A stretch of 64,000 nucleotides of DNA from Vicugna vicugna (Eukaryota), in assembly GCA_013265495.1 (NCBI GenBank), contig MU062367.1, positions 682,001-746,000 of the forward strand, read 5' to 3'. The notes under the pieces were generated by a model. The model was not told where the DNA came from and ran no database searches. It was given only the letters and a program-made list of their open reading frames with translations. Both the position numbers and the translations under genes were made by a program. Positions 24,022 to 37,351 of this stretch are shown here, one piece after another (the stretch's first letter is position 1; every line of letters begins with the position of its first letter).

Positions 24022-25799
24022 GTAAAAGAGCTGGTGCAGGGCATTTGCAGGGGGCGATGGGAACAGGTCAAGAGCCTTACCATCTGGAGGTGCCACGGGC
24101 ATGGCCTTTGTCCCAGCCCAGCAATCTGTGTCTCACAGAAGTGCTCAGGGGAGGAACAGAATTTACTGCTGCCTTTCACGTTTACCTTCATTGGCAGCTC
24201 CCCTGGGGCTGACTTGGAGATGGGTGAGGATCAGAGCATAACTCATGCTTCAGCAGAACTGGTCAAATTCACTGAGCTAATGAAATAGAAATGTCAGTGG
24301 GTCCTTGAAAGAAGTTTAAATACCCTCCTCCCCAGCCTTCCATGAGTCATGTGTCCTACGGCTGATGGCTGACTCTCCCAAGACACCTGGATATATTGAC
24401 CAAATCCTCAAAGCAAGAGAGAGAGAGAGGGAGAAGCAGAGAAAGAGCTGCAGAGATAATGACAGCTATATTAGTATGTGTCAAATCCAACCAAAAAATC
24501 TTGCTGACCCGTGTGCACAACCCCATGCCATAAGGCCACCAGTGTGTGAGGTGTAGTCTTGTCCCTGAGAATTTTATGTACAGGTTGGGGAATAAGACAT
24601 GTACACTCATGACGAGAGTGTGAGACGGAGTGTGTGTGTGCATGTGTGTGTGTGTTTTATATAGATAGTTGGGGGTGGGAGAGTGGCTGAGGAGAAAGTG
24701 TACTAATGTTTACTGAAACCCTGTTAAATGTTAGGTACTAGGTTTGGTATGTCTCATGGATTTTTAAAAACCAACTGAATAACACAATAAAGTAGCTATC
24801 ATCTCCCTTTACTGAGAGAGAATGTAACTCTAAAGTCTTCTGTTGATGAACTTGATGGATGGGTGGCTGATTAGCTAATGGATGATGGGATGATTGGAAG
24901 GATAGAAAGTGGATTAAATTATGCTCATGACCAAGCACGATTACGTGACAGAGCTGGGGCTCTGACGCAGAACTGTCTCATCTGTGAGCAGTTTTTCACT
25001 GCACCATGATGCCGTTTGGACCTGTAGCATTACAGCAATCCAGAAGGGACACTTTGGGGAGGAGATTTGGTTGCTATTATAAAACCGTATTTTCCCATTG
25101 CTTCATTTAGTGAAGAAAAAATCAAAGGACACCTCAGATGACATCATGAAAAGGCAGTCAGGGGTGCAGACAGGGCTACTGATTTCTGAGAAGAGACAGG
25201 CAAGGAGGCAAGGCGCATAAGGAGGCACTTGTCTGGAGAAGCGGACCAAGGACCTGTTGGGAGGGTCTGAACCTGCCTCCGTCCTGCTTCTCAGGTTACA
25301 GGCGCTCCTAGCTGTACTGATCCTCCAACCCATCACACGTTTCCTCCCAGCTCTGCCTCTGTCCACGTTCTAGTCACCTTTTAAGACTCAGCCAGCTTAA
25401 AGTCTGTGTCAGCAGACCTTCCAAGTCCAAAGTGAAACTTGCTTATTACGAACTAACTCTGTTTTAGACATGGGCATGCAGATCCCCAGACTTCGCCCTC
25501 TCCTCTAGTGTTGGCCTTACTCGTGTTGCTGTTATTGTAACTGTCCTTTACACTGACTTACATCAGAGACTTTCCTGATGAACTCAGGAGAGCTGGCCTG
25601 TTGCTGGTGTTGGCCTTGACCTCTGGCCCAGTCCCTCCCAGACAGCAGCGCTCAATCTGTTGATTCGATATTCTGTTTAACAATCATGATTCGGCAGTTT
25701 CAAGTTCTCCATTAGGAGACACTGTTTTCTGCTGATTCTTGTATTTGTTTTCACTGAAGTCCTTCTGGAGGAAGACGTGGTAGAGGAACAAAAATATTT

Positions 25800-26080
25800 A
25801 CGGACAGAGGGTTACCTTAGGACACAGCATTGGACATGGCCTTTGGAGTCAGAAAAGCATCGCTTTGATCTCTGGTTCTTCTCCACTCTAGCTTTGTGAC
25901 CCTGGGCAACTCAGGTTACCGGCGCTCCTACCTATGCGGAAGGAACTATAAGTCTCCTTCATTTCATCCACCTCTGAAAGGAGAACCATAAAATCTGTCT
26001 CCCAGGGTTGTTAACATAATTAAATAAAGTGTATAAAGCATGTAGCACAGTTCCTGGCTTATTGAAAGTCCTCCAAAAAT
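25800..26080 (+). mobile_element. MIR SINE in intron 4
   Basis: gcattggacatggcctttggagtcagaaa...tagctttgtgaccctgggcaac...tgtataaagcatgtagcacagttcctggcttattgaaagtcctcc. Confidence 0.7.
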
Positions 26081-29000
26081 GTTAGTTCGCCTCCATTCTC
26101 TTTTCAATGTTGTATTTTTTTGAGATAAGTCAAACCATTTCTAAAGGTGAGACTTTTTCTAGCCACAATGGTTTACGTCTCCATAGCAACCTGCTGATTC
26201 AAGGAACTTCCTAAAATGTTGAGCTCTGTTTCTCTGGCTATGGAGGCTGCCTACATCCCAATATCGACATCCTAAGAGAGCAGCTTCCCAGTTGAATAAA
26301 AAATGTTTTTCAAACAATGCAAAGTACGTAAGAGTTGGGGAGGGGGTTGCGTATTCATGGATTCTAAACACATTATAGAATTCCTTGAATCAGCAGATCC
26401 CTGTGTCACAAGTATTTGCAATTATAGATCGTGTTCGATGATTCTAGCTTTTATTAGCATATTAGCTAGAGTGCTTTATTTTTGAAGAGCCTTTTAGTAT
26501 CTAAAGACTTGGCAGTAATCGAAATGCTAGTTAAGCTGATAAGGATAGAGCCTTCAGCAGATGTTCAGAGAGACTCACATTGCTTCTAATAAGGGTGTTG
26601 AGAGCAACTCACAGAAAAATGCGCTCCAGAGGCATCTCCTCTCATTAGCCCTTGGCAAGTGAAGACTGGACAAGGATTCACTCTCTCCTCTAAATCTCTT
26701 GCTAACTACCTCCATCCCCAAGGTTAATGAGCTGCTTTGACAGTTTCCAACTGCCAGACAACTCCTCTGAGCAGTGAGGAGTCATCTTGGGCTTCCTTGC
26801 CAGCCCAAGGTTTGCTCCCAGCGTGGCCTGCAGTTGCAGGGCCAAGTGACTTCACGGCAGGGAGCACTGGGCTGGGATCGGTCAGATCTGAGTAGCCGAG
26901 ACCTGCTCAAGAGGAAATGAAGCCTTTAGTTGAGGCCTGTGGCAAAAGGAACCAGGAAAAATACTGAAGCATTAAAGAGAAGCCTCTTAGAAAATTGGCC
27001 CATGAGCTTTGAACACTTAAAGATCAGAGCTCAACAGTGTACTTGTAAAAAGGGGACTGATGTGTCCTTTGAAATTGCCCCCCCTCTTCTGTCCCACTGG
27101 GAACAAAGCACCCGCCCTGATGTGGTTTACGAGGAGCGGTGGTGTCTTAGCTGGGGCTGCCTTAGATCCAAGGCACCTATAATGCAGGTGAGCAGCTTTA
27201 GATGGTGCTCTGGGTCCATCCTGGCCTAGAACAGCTTGCTGCGAGGCTAATTGGCCCTCAGAGACCTTGGACTGACAGGTTTCACCCTTAAAACATACCA
27301 AGCTCTAAGAAGCAGCTAAGTTCCCTACACTTTCCTACATAGAGAGTAGAAGGGAAGGAACCAACACTCCTTAAATCCCAACTGTATTCCAAGTCCCGTG
27401 CTAGGGGTTAGAGTATCCTTTGGGAGCCTCACAGTGCGGCAAGGAAGACGGATGTCTTGTCCAATGACTCCTACAACGTGAAGGTGCTTTCATGGAGGTC
27501 CGTGTGAGGTGTGGCTGAGGCATGAAAGCATGCTGGCCTAAATCTATCATGGCAGCATCGCCCCCCGTGGGAGAGACAAATTATGTTTCCTCTAGTTTTA
27601 TAGATGAACAAACTGAGGCTCAGACAGGTTACGTGACCTGCTCCAAGTGGAATGGCCACCAAAGGTAAAGCTTTCTGGCTCTAGAGCACATTCCTTCACT
27701 AACACACCTCCTTCCACAGGAAAATGTGAGGATCAGGACTGGATCAGATATGATAGAAACCAGACAGGCTGGTGTTCATCATACCTCATTCATCTTCAAA
27801 TGACCAAAGCCAATGATGCGAAGCATCAAGAATAAGAACAGATGCTACTGATTTCAGTGTCATCCTAAGCAATGAGATCCATGAAATCAAGATTTTGATG
27901 AGTTACCATATATATTTTTCATTATAAGACATTCAAATGAATGCTGAACTATACTTATACAAATGCTAGTACACTTTCCACTTGAGATTATCTCCTATGT
28001 CCCCGTGGAAAGCCAAGCCCACTTTGCAAAGGGCTGACCTTGGTGATTAAACAGCCTCCTCCCTTCTTCAAAATCCTAGGACTTTTTTTTTTTTTTTTTG
28101 GCCCAGATCATGCATGACTAGGTTTCAAGGATACCCAAAATGCCCAGAAAGTTGACTGGGATCTGGGAGTTTAGGGTTCTTGTCCACTTTGACTGCAACT
28201 TGAATTTGGTTTAATGTGAAAAAATGTCAAGAAAGGAAGGATGGAATGCGTGGGGGCTCAGCAGAGCTACCTCTGTGTTCTCCTACCAAGAGAGCGTGAA
28301 TTCTAAATAAAAATCCAACCCTCTATGCGGCTGATCTAAGAGAATAATACCCCCCACCGTGTTTCATATGTGACTTATGTGAAAGCCCCAGTATCAGCCA
28401 GACTCCTGAAAGTGTTTTTCTCCTCCAGTAAATATCAGCTAATTGGTAAAGAACCCATATGAACAAGCTAGGGACTGACTCGAATGAATAGCCATTAAGA
28501 TCAACACATGGCTTCCATTAATTTGCCGCTGTTGAATGGAGTCCAGTGTGGTAGAAAGGCCTCTCGTGGTGCACGGCTCTCCTCCCTCCAGTTTAGATCT
28601 TTGTGAAATCCTTCCTGAATGGAAGAGTCTCTAATTATGAGGAGGGTAGGGGGGCGGTGCAAGGCCGTGGTGGGGAAGCAGAACTGGCTGGCTGCGGTGA
28701 GAATGACAGAACGCGTGGAGGGCTGGCCTTGGATCACAGCTTCCTTGCCTTTGATTAAGATAACCCCACTTCACAATTCACAGGATAGCAGAACCGCCCA
28801 GACCTCCTGGGATGGTCTTCTCTGGGCTGATCAGTCCAGAAAATGGTGTTCAGGCTACTGAATTTCACAGACCAGTGAACTTTTAAAAACAAGGTGCTGT
28901 GGAGCCAAACATGGACTCAGGATCGCAACTTCAAATTTTGCCTCGTGAGGCTGCTGAAAAAACAACCAACCAACATCCCTGAAATTTCATAGAAGAGAAG

Positions 29001-29775
29001 CTATTTCAACCCCCACTCCAAAGAAGAAAAAAAAATCATCCCGAAGAACTTTTTAAATTGTAGCCATAGAGCTGTATGAAAAAGTCACCACGCTTTCCTT
29101 ATTTTCTCATTTTGCTCTAAACCACGTAAACTTTCTCATCTACCAGCACTGACATTTAGAAACGACACGTTCAGAGTCTCAGCTCAATATTTTCCCCAGA
29201 TGTTAGTAAGATGTGTTTAATTTGACTTCACAAGGCTTACCAGTTCTTTTCAAAGGGAAAATAAACTAGCAAACCGTGGAAGGAAAGCAAAAATTAGGTT
29301 GTTCACAGGTGTAGCACTGTGCTCAGCATTATTATGCACTTCTTATTTGTCACAATAACCCTTTATGTATTAGTGCCCTCATTTTACATACAAGACAATT
29401 TAGGTCTTAAGGTGTTAACTGGCCCGATACAGATGAAGTGAGTGGCAAAGAGTTGGACTCCAAAATCCATATGCTTTCCTTCCTACTGCTGTAAATTTAA
29501 ATGCAGAACCAACGGAAGGTGAAGGTTGTCTCTGACTCCCAAGTTGAGCATCTCTTGAAACCAGAACAGTGTCCTCATTGAGCCACAGGTCCTCTGGGAA
29601 GGCCAAATCAGGCCACCCAGCTCCCCCTGTCCCTGTTGGCACCATTAGTAGGTGGCTTTGCAGACACTAAAAGGTTTCTGGGTTGCCATGCTCCTGTGCA
29701 TGGTGACTTTGCTGTAAGGTTGTCTACTGTTTTAATTAGAGGCACTTAATTGCAGATCTGTGCTTTGTTTTGCAG

Positions 29776-29855
29776 GTGTGACACTGCTCAGGGACGAGCA
29801 ACCCAAAGTGATCGTGGAAGATGATGAAAAGGATGGTGACAAGATAGCTATTTAA
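29776..29855 (+). CDS. PPP1R17: PPP1R17 exon 5 coding part (GVTLLRDEQPKVIVEDDEKDGDKIAI*)
   Basis: Acceptor tgctttgttttgcag|GT; stop TAA at 29853-29855; 80 nt completes the 155-aa frame. Confidence 0.95.
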
Positions 29856-31055
29856 AGATATTTCCCCCAAGACCACTTGTAAAATAGGTTAGATTGGTTC
29901 CCTATGGTGACCTAGAAAAAATAGAGTTGTTTCTGCTCTCATTTTGTCATAGTCTGCCTTTAAGACCCAGACACCTTTTCCCCAGGAGGCATCCTCTATC
30001 AGATTGCCAGTCACCTCTTTGTCTCTCTCTTCTCCCTTGAGTCTGGTTTCTGTCCCCACCTCTTAAAGTTTCATTTTCTGATGGGTTGGAAAGGAAGCAG
30101 ATCATCCTAACTTGGGAAGTAACAGGGAAAGCTGTCGTGCTCAGCGTCTGCATCTTCCCGATCGATTCCTGAAGCAAAGAACATGGATAACATGGGAATC
30201 CTTTGTTTCCAGGTTTGTGCTGCTGACCAGGACTCGATTTCACATCATCCAAATGCCAGTTCAGGTGGGGGCTCCCTGCTGCCAGGTAGTGACGTGGAAA
30301 TGTTTGGGTTCTAACTCACTGATTGTTTTGGAGAACATGGTCTTTTATCGCTTTTATCCTGTCTTACGAGCCCACGTGCCTCTGATGACATACCTACCTG
30401 AGATCCTCGTAACTGATTCCCTACAAGTGAATATAGAAGCTGGAGGAGTCAACCCAGGCAACCATGCCTTGGCTGAAAATACCACAGATAGAGTGCGCTG
30501 GTCTATCTGGGAAGCTTAACAATATACCCCACTTACTTAAAAAAAAAATTCTTAACCATGTTGTCCTGAACTTTGTGCACTGTGCCACAAGTGAACTGTT
30601 ACTGATGACAGGTAAAATGCCAATGTTTGTGATGAATTTGCTTTTAAAAAGTTTAATTGAGGTCCATGGAAGTCCGTTCCTATACTTTTAGCATTCTCAC
30701 TTATTTAGACCCCAACATACTTTCTTGGGTGAGAGGGAAAGACGTGTGTTAGCTAGTGAGTGGGGGTCTAAATATGCCCCCTGCCCCAGCCTACAGCCCG
30801 TGCTGCTGTGGAAAGGCTTTGCACCAGGGCCTCGTCCACCAGGTGACAGACGTGGGGAGAAAAGAAACCTATTGTTCAAAAGTATAAGGGTGGATATTCA
30901 AACAGATCCTGCCTAAAAGTGATCATTTGGAAGTTCTGTGTATACCCTGACTCCGACAGTTTATTAATCCCTTCTGTCTGTCTTTCTGTCCTTCTCACAA
31001 ATGTGGGAAAGATGCTAGACCCTGCTGGTAATAAAGATGCTTCTTAACAAGATGC
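29856..31055 (+). other. PPP1R17: PPP1R17 3'UTR (about 1.2 kb)
   Basis: Runs from the stop codon to the first AATAAA I found that is followed by a U/GU-rich downstream element. Confidence 0.65.
31030..31035 (+). terminator. PPP1R17: PPP1R17 polyadenylation signal AATAAA
   Basis: ggtAATAAAgatgcttcttaacaagatgca followed by tctctatgttctgtgcatttc. Confidence 0.65.
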
Positions 31056-31209
31056 ATCTCTATGTTCTGTGCATTTCTCCGAAAAAAACACTCTATTTAC
31101 TTACAATTATAAAGAGAAGAGGTTGCAACAGAGACTCGAGGATTATTTTGTTTGTTCTTGATCCACAGAGTTTTTTAAGTGTTTGAATCAACCCTTAATA
31201 TTTAACAAT

Positions 31210-31380
31210 CCAATCAGGAGAATTTACATAAAATTCTAGGTTTCCAGATTTTCTTGGAAAACCGAGTCAGGATCTGGCAACCCGAGCCAGGTTAGAGGCG
31301 TGTCCGCCTCGGCTAGTGCTGAGCACAGACGCCCTCTTAGGGGAAACAGACATTCTCAGCTCGCCCTCCGCCCCACCAGG
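31210..31380. mobile_element. MER102-like hAT transposon relic
   Basis: aaattctaggtttccagattttcttggaaaaccgagtcaggatctggcaaccc...gctagtgctgagcacagacgccctcttagggg...ccgccccacca resembles MER102 as recalled. Confidence 0.5.
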
Positions 31381-31839
31381 CCTGTCCCACCCACTGACGT
31401 CACCCTCTAGCCCTCACATTTGAGTTTGGAGCCCCTGGTGAAGACCCAGACTTTGTGTCCCTAATGATCTCTGACCTCTTTGATCCCTGGGCTCCACTTG
31501 CACTCCTGGTGGCCCCAATCCCAGCTTCGGGAGGAGGGGAGTAAGACTGCGGCCTGGCTGCTGGTGGAGGCAGGCGTAAGGGATGAAACAGGCCACCATC
31601 AAGGCTTTAAGAAGCCAGATGCTATCACAGGTATGTGGATAGTAGGATCACATCACCACCAAGGGATTCTTAGCAGGAAAACACAGATGACTCTCGGCCT
31701 ATCAGCTTTGCTGTAGAAACCTCGTGTGCCTGCAGCCTTGGCCACAGGTTGTGCTCAGTAAACCCGCAGGTGCTCAGAAAAGCTCTCCTGTTTCTGACTT
31801 CCTGGGGTGGGGTGGGAAGTAGACTGGCAGTTGCAGAGA

Positions 31840-32010
31840 CAAAGGCCTTAGGTTCCAGCCTCAACTGCGCGACACTGAGCAGGTCCCTGGAACTCTCTGA
31901 GTCTGTTTCTTTATCTTTAAAATAAGGATAATAATATCTACTTTGCCTCCTTCACAGTTTGAGAATTAAATGAGATAATGTGTGGCAAAGGGCTTAGTAA
32001 GCTTAAAAGG
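31840..32010 (+). mobile_element. MIR SINE
   Basis: ttaggttccagcctcaact...ctctctgagtctgtttcttatctttaaaataaggataataata...gagaattaaatgagataatgtgtggcaaagggcttag. Confidence 0.75.
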
Positions 32011-34019
32011 CCTATTTATGTGTAACAGGATAATTTTAAGACATTTTCAGAGTGTGAACTGTGCCTTTTCTATTGCCAAAGCCGCATGCCCTGGGTATTA
32101 AATAAGTAGCAATTCTGTGGACTTCATCGCAGGATCTGAAGAAGTACTCCGAGTAGGGAGATCCCATTGCTTATGCAGCCTGAACTGAAAGGCCAGCCCT
32201 CATCTTTCCAGGAAGATGGTCTTTGTCATACTCCCAGCCTCAAAGGAGCACACACAGAAATGGTGAGGGACAAAACTGGGCAAGGCATCTACCCAACGCT
32301 GGACGTCACTGAGTGATTTGGATTGAAGCCAGATCTCCTTCACTTCCCTTGAGCTATGTGGCCCTTTTCTGGGCTGGTAAATTAGAGGTTTAATGATTAG
32401 GATTGCATTCCAATCAAAGCAGTTCTCAGTACATTATGAATAACTTCCCTCTAACCAAATAACCGTTATATTAAGAAAATAAGAGCGTCAGTGGTGGCTC
32501 ACTCGGAAAGAAGGTCCCAGTCAAAAGCATCGCAACAGAACCAGCAAATCAACTGGCCGTCTGTTCATTCTGAAGGCTTCTACCCCAAGCGGGGGCTGCC
32601 CGAGATGAGGCACCAGACAGGAAACACATAGCTCTCTTTCAGAAGCTCCACACAGGACCAGTGCCTTCATTTAGATCCGAATTCTCTTTAAAAGCTGCTG
32701 CCTGAGATCACACAGCCAGCTTCTAATGCTTAATTATCACCTGGAGAGGCGGAAGCTGGCGCTGAAGGATACAGACAGGACCATAAAGGGCTCAAGCAGC
32801 GCTTCCTTTTAAATGCAGTTAAGTGGATTTTCCCTCCCAAGCCTGTGTTGTCCTCGTCGTTTTCTTGAAACAAGGATAGGCTGGGATGGCATGTGGTTGT
32901 GAGAATAAGTTAGTCAAGCAATGACTTTTCCTAGCTACATGGACTGTGTAAACTCTCTGTCATCTGGTGTCAGTAAGGCTCCCTTGCCACTTATAATTTG
33001 TACGTGTTTCTCAGAAAACTCCACAAGGTAGTGAATGAATGCCCAGGAAATAGATAGACTGAAAATCTCCTCCTCCTGGTCTCCCGGACACAGGATTGCT
33101 TTCGAACTGGCTTTAAAGTATCATCTAGAGAAGTCCAGAACACTATAATGACCATAATTCCTGACCCCCAAAAATGAGGGCAGGAGACTCTACAGATAAG
33201 TGTATTTATGAGAAAAACAATGTAGTATTTGAAATGAGCTCTTTCCTGGAAAAAATCCAAGATATCGGCTTACCTTTCTCAAAAAGAAAAGGCTAGGTAT
33301 TTCCTAACTTATGGTGTCAGGTCCTTCCCACAAGATAAGATTCCTCATCTTTCGGGAGACTTGCTGAGAAGCAGCAGCAGAGAGTGGAAGATAACTGTGC
33401 TCATCCTAACCTATGAAACTCTTCCAGTCTGGTGCCAAATGTGAACTTTTGAGAGTTGAATAATAATTGTGAACTACAAGTCCTTACAGTTCTGTGCCAG
33501 AGCTCCAGAAAAACAACTTTTATCTATCGAGTCATAATATAAACTATATTTTAAATGTATTACATAATCACTACATAAATAACGTCCTTCATGAAAAGAA
33601 CAGTGTGGCCTGAGCACTTACCTTTGTTCAGTCCTTTTCCTCTGTCATCTCATTTGATTCTCAAAACAAATTGTATGAAAACTAAATAGGCAGGGAAATT
33701 GACTTGAAGGAGAAGCCAAGATGGGGATCCTGAGCTCCTAGCCCGGTGTTATGTGTGTAGTATGGAATTGTTCTGAAAATCCTCATTAAAACAGGGTCCA
33801 GAGTAGAGAGAAGGTTAAAGAGGGAGGTTTTATCAGTGATCCAGAAAGGAGTGAATAATAGAAGTGGTTCCCTTTAGTGACTTTTCTCTGCCCTCTCTGT
33901 GGAGATTCATTTCTGAATAAGTAAGTGCATACATAAACACGTTCCACTTCCCAACATCCAAAATTTAATCAGGGCCAGCTGACCCCTGTGCATTCGGGAA
34001 AGGACCGCATTATTTTTGC

Positions 34020-34620
34020 CTTCCCACTCCACTCCATCCTTCATGTCATCCATTCTCCACTTTGCAGCTGGAGTGACTTTTCTCAGAACATGCATCTGAC
34101 ACTGCGTGACCCCTCCTTAATATCTTCTCATTGCTCAGAATAAAGGCAAAGATCTCAAGCCTGAGCCTGCTCCCTCCAGCCTCCTGTGTGCTCCAGTGAC
34201 ATTCACCTCCTGATCTCCCTAATGTGTGAGGCTTCCCTCCTGCCACCGCGTCCTGCCACTGCCAGGGACGCTCCTCTCCCTTCCCTCCCATTCACACCCT
34301 CACCCTGGCCCCAGGACACACAGTGAGGTCCTGCTCATCCTTCAGAGCTCAGCAAAATGCCACTTCCTAGGGGAAACTCTTCCACGCCTTTTTGACCAGA
34401 TCAGGTTTCTCCCTCGCTTGTTCTCCTCCGTAGTCTTTACCCCTTTTCATAATCATCCCTGTGTGAAACTGATGAACATCTGTCTGCTCACTATTGTGCA
34501 AGGTCTGTGAACACAGGGATTGTGTTTCGTTTTATGTCAGTATCCCCTATACGTGGCAGAGAATCTAGCATGATGTAAATGCTCCAGAAATACCAGTCAG
34601 CAAGTGAGCGAGTGAATGAA
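34020..34620 (+). mobile_element. L2 LINE 3' fragment
   Basis: ctcatccttcagagctcagcaaaatgccacttcctaggggaaactcttcc... ending in ...gtgagcgagtgaatgaa, the L2 tail. Confidence 0.7.
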
Positions 34621-36764
34621 GTTTGTAAGAAGCCAAGCCTGACAGTGCAAGCAAGATTGCCAGGCCATCTGCCTACCTGGAGGACCCCAAGGTTACTAAC
34701 TCCTGCAACAGACCAGGCAGCCACTGCCAGCTGAATGCAGACATCAGTCAGAGCAAGCTGGCCTGCTTCCCAGAACCCAGGGCTTCCCTTTATACTCAGG
34801 GAGTCAATTAGCTGCCCACCTCCCCAAGAACAGAATGAATCACCCTGTCACGTGGGATCAAGGACACTGAGAGTTCAGACCCTGCGTGCCTGGGTCTTGG
34901 AAGAATTCACATTTGCCCGGAGTTTCGCTAAGACCTCCTGTTACCAGAAGTCCTGACCCTTTGACGGTGTTGTTCAGCCAAGGACCGACTGCCCGCCTCG
35001 GTGCTTGGCTCCTGGCAGCTGGGCGTAGAGGAAGGGGCGCTGTGGACAACCTTCTGTAGCTTCAGGCTGCCGGGCGCCCAAGGTGGCTGGTATGGGCTTG
35101 TCATGGGTCCTGGGATCGCCTTGGGGGAAAGTGCCCGAAACACCATCTGGTGTCAGTAGAGTCAAGGCTGTGACCCTGCCTGGGATTCTCCAACCAGAGC
35201 CTTTATACCAAACTGACCCTCAGTTCCCAGCAGCAGTGACACAAAGGTAAGTTGGGAGACAGGACATTTGAAAGAAGCATGTGAAACCTGGAGACGAGGT
35301 AGGGTGGCTGTGTGCTGGAGGAGAGGTTGAGTCCAATGGTAGATCCAGGTTCTGGAATTTTCAATAGCTGGGTCCTTTTCTTCTGTGCTGTCTTTAGCAA
35401 CTTACCAGAAATACTTCCTGACGGCAGCCTGACTTTCCCTCTTCCCTGAACACTCTGTGGCTCCCAGTCACCGCCAGCACTCAAGAGAGCACATGCTAGT
35501 GAGGCCCCAAGTTTAAGCTTCATTAATTTCCTGGTAAATCGCCCCTAGAAGGCAAGAGTCAGGTGCCTGCCTGTATTGAGGGGGAAAGAGGGCTGCTATG
35601 AACCTGGGCACCTGTTTCTTTCAACTTTTTTTGTGGTGGTTCTCAAATATCATATATTCTCCACACACTTTCATTAACCATTTTTTCTTAGTAGGATGAC
35701 TGATGCAATGAAAAGGTGAACATTAATAAGACAAGAGTACCCATTTCAGAGAATTTAAAAAAGAAGTCTTCCCCCATTTCTTGTAGCACTGACAAGGTCG
35801 TCTTTCAATGCTGAGTGACTGACACAACTCCTTACTGCCCTGGTCAATGCTATTGTAATTTCTTGGTGTCGAGTTCTCACGTATCCTGGGAAACATAGCT
35901 CTTTCATTGACGTGATCCCTCCATCCTCTTCCCAGCCACATGTGGCCTCCCACCCCATCCCATTGCATGACCATGTGGCTCTTTGTTCTGTCCGACAGTC
36001 GGGGGAACAAGAATGAATCCCACCCATTCATGGAAATGAACCATCACATGTAAGAGAGGCTCAAGGCATTCCCGCTGTCCTAAGCCTTCTACTCGGAAAG
36101 AAAACAGGTGCCATGGCCAGTCCCACTCCTCCCTAAGCCCTTAATCCCACAGTGAACTTCTTGCTTCCATTATCGAGTGTTCGGGAGCTCCTGTAGTTGA
36201 AGGGAAATCGTGCTGGGAAGGCCCACGTGTGGAACACGTAGAATCTGAAGTACCAAATGGGGGTGTGGCGGGAAGCCCCCTGGTCCCCCACCCCCCACCC
36301 ACCTCCTCCCCATCACCTCCTTAGGTGGCCTTTAAGGAAACCCTAAGACTCTGCCAAGCTGGTTCAGAAGCACCGTAACTAGACAATTAGGAAGGCCAAA
36401 CATTCTTTCAGCTGAGAGTCCTCCGTTCACACTCAGCCCCAAGCTCCCGTGCCGAGTGGGAGGAGGGTTTCCATTGTGTGGGTAATGTATGGGTTTTAAT
36501 ATACGCGTTTGCCAGCTCCATCTTTGATACACCCCGTGCGTTTCTGAATAGGAACAATGTCCCCGGCGATTCCTCAGTCTGAGCAGCAGCCAAACCTGCA
36601 GTCGCTCTCCCATCGAGCAACACAGAAAGCCAGCAATAAAAAAACTAAATAGCAAATCAACAGGGTGTAGTTCTTGAACAAATGCACATTCATAATTTGT
36701 AACTGTGTAGTGATAAATCCCCTCCTAGAGCTTTGCTCTAACGACCCAAAACAGAGAGGAAGCT

Positions 36765-36770
36765 TTTATT
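36765..36770 (-). terminator. Candidate poly(A) signal (AATAAA on - strand) for the putative PDE1C alternative terminal exon
   Basis: + strand tttatt; on the - strand it is followed by the GU-rich ctctctgttttgggtcgttag. Confidence 0.3.
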
Positions 36771-36912
36771 TTTTTTCTCCATTTGGGTATTTGGTGATGG
36801 AACAATGTACACTTGCCAACAGTACAAATATTGGTACTTTTTAGGACTTTAAAGCATTATATCAGATGCAGTGGCATCACAGAGAATCAATTTTACCAAA
36901 CCCTGCCTCTGC

Positions 36913-36937
36913 CACACACACACACACACACACACAC
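36913..36937. repeat. (CA)12 microsatellite
   Basis: Direct reading. Confidence 0.95.
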
Positions 36938-37321
36938 GCAAAATCCTTCCAGCCACAGATATTAATTTTAGAGAGAATAAAGTATTCTTCATTTGCCCCA
37001 GGAGGTTTAAAGACACAGGCTCCATCACCAAATCCCCAAGTAGAATGCTTGTCTGTAGACAGGAGTGTAAGCATGTAAGTCTCAACCCAAATGCTCTTTC
37101 CAATCAAGCCAGGCACACATGGTTGGCGAAAGGCAGTGCATTCTGGGTGTCCATTTCGTTTCAATCTCAACCCTGATCGAGAGAAGTAGGAGAAGTCAAC
37201 AGAAGGAGAATTCCAGAGCAGAGACGGTTTGTCATTCATGAGAGGATCTCAGTGACGGGGCTCATTTATCATGGTGCTTAAGTGAGGAAATAACATGCAG
37301 TGATCTGGAACAGCACTGACC

Positions 37322-37351
37322 CTCAGCTAAGGAACAGGTTCCTTAGCTGAG
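37322..37351. repeat. Perfect 14-bp inverted repeat with 2-nt spacer
   Basis: ctcagctaaggaac-ag-gttccttagctgag. Confidence 0.95.

Larger units (their letters stand above)
15110..31055 (+). other. PPP1R17: PPP1R17 gene span (G-substrate, PKG-activated phosphatase inhibitor), 5 exons
   Basis: The four spliced coding exons give an uninterrupted 468-nt frame: [155 protein letters not shown], recognised as G-substrate. Confidence 0.95.

Noticed and set aside
28415-28442. Acceptor-like tttttctcctccag in intron 4 that would give a truncated ...AAVNIS* C-terminus
   Set aside because: Such motifs are common in introns; no terminal-exon evidence was seen.
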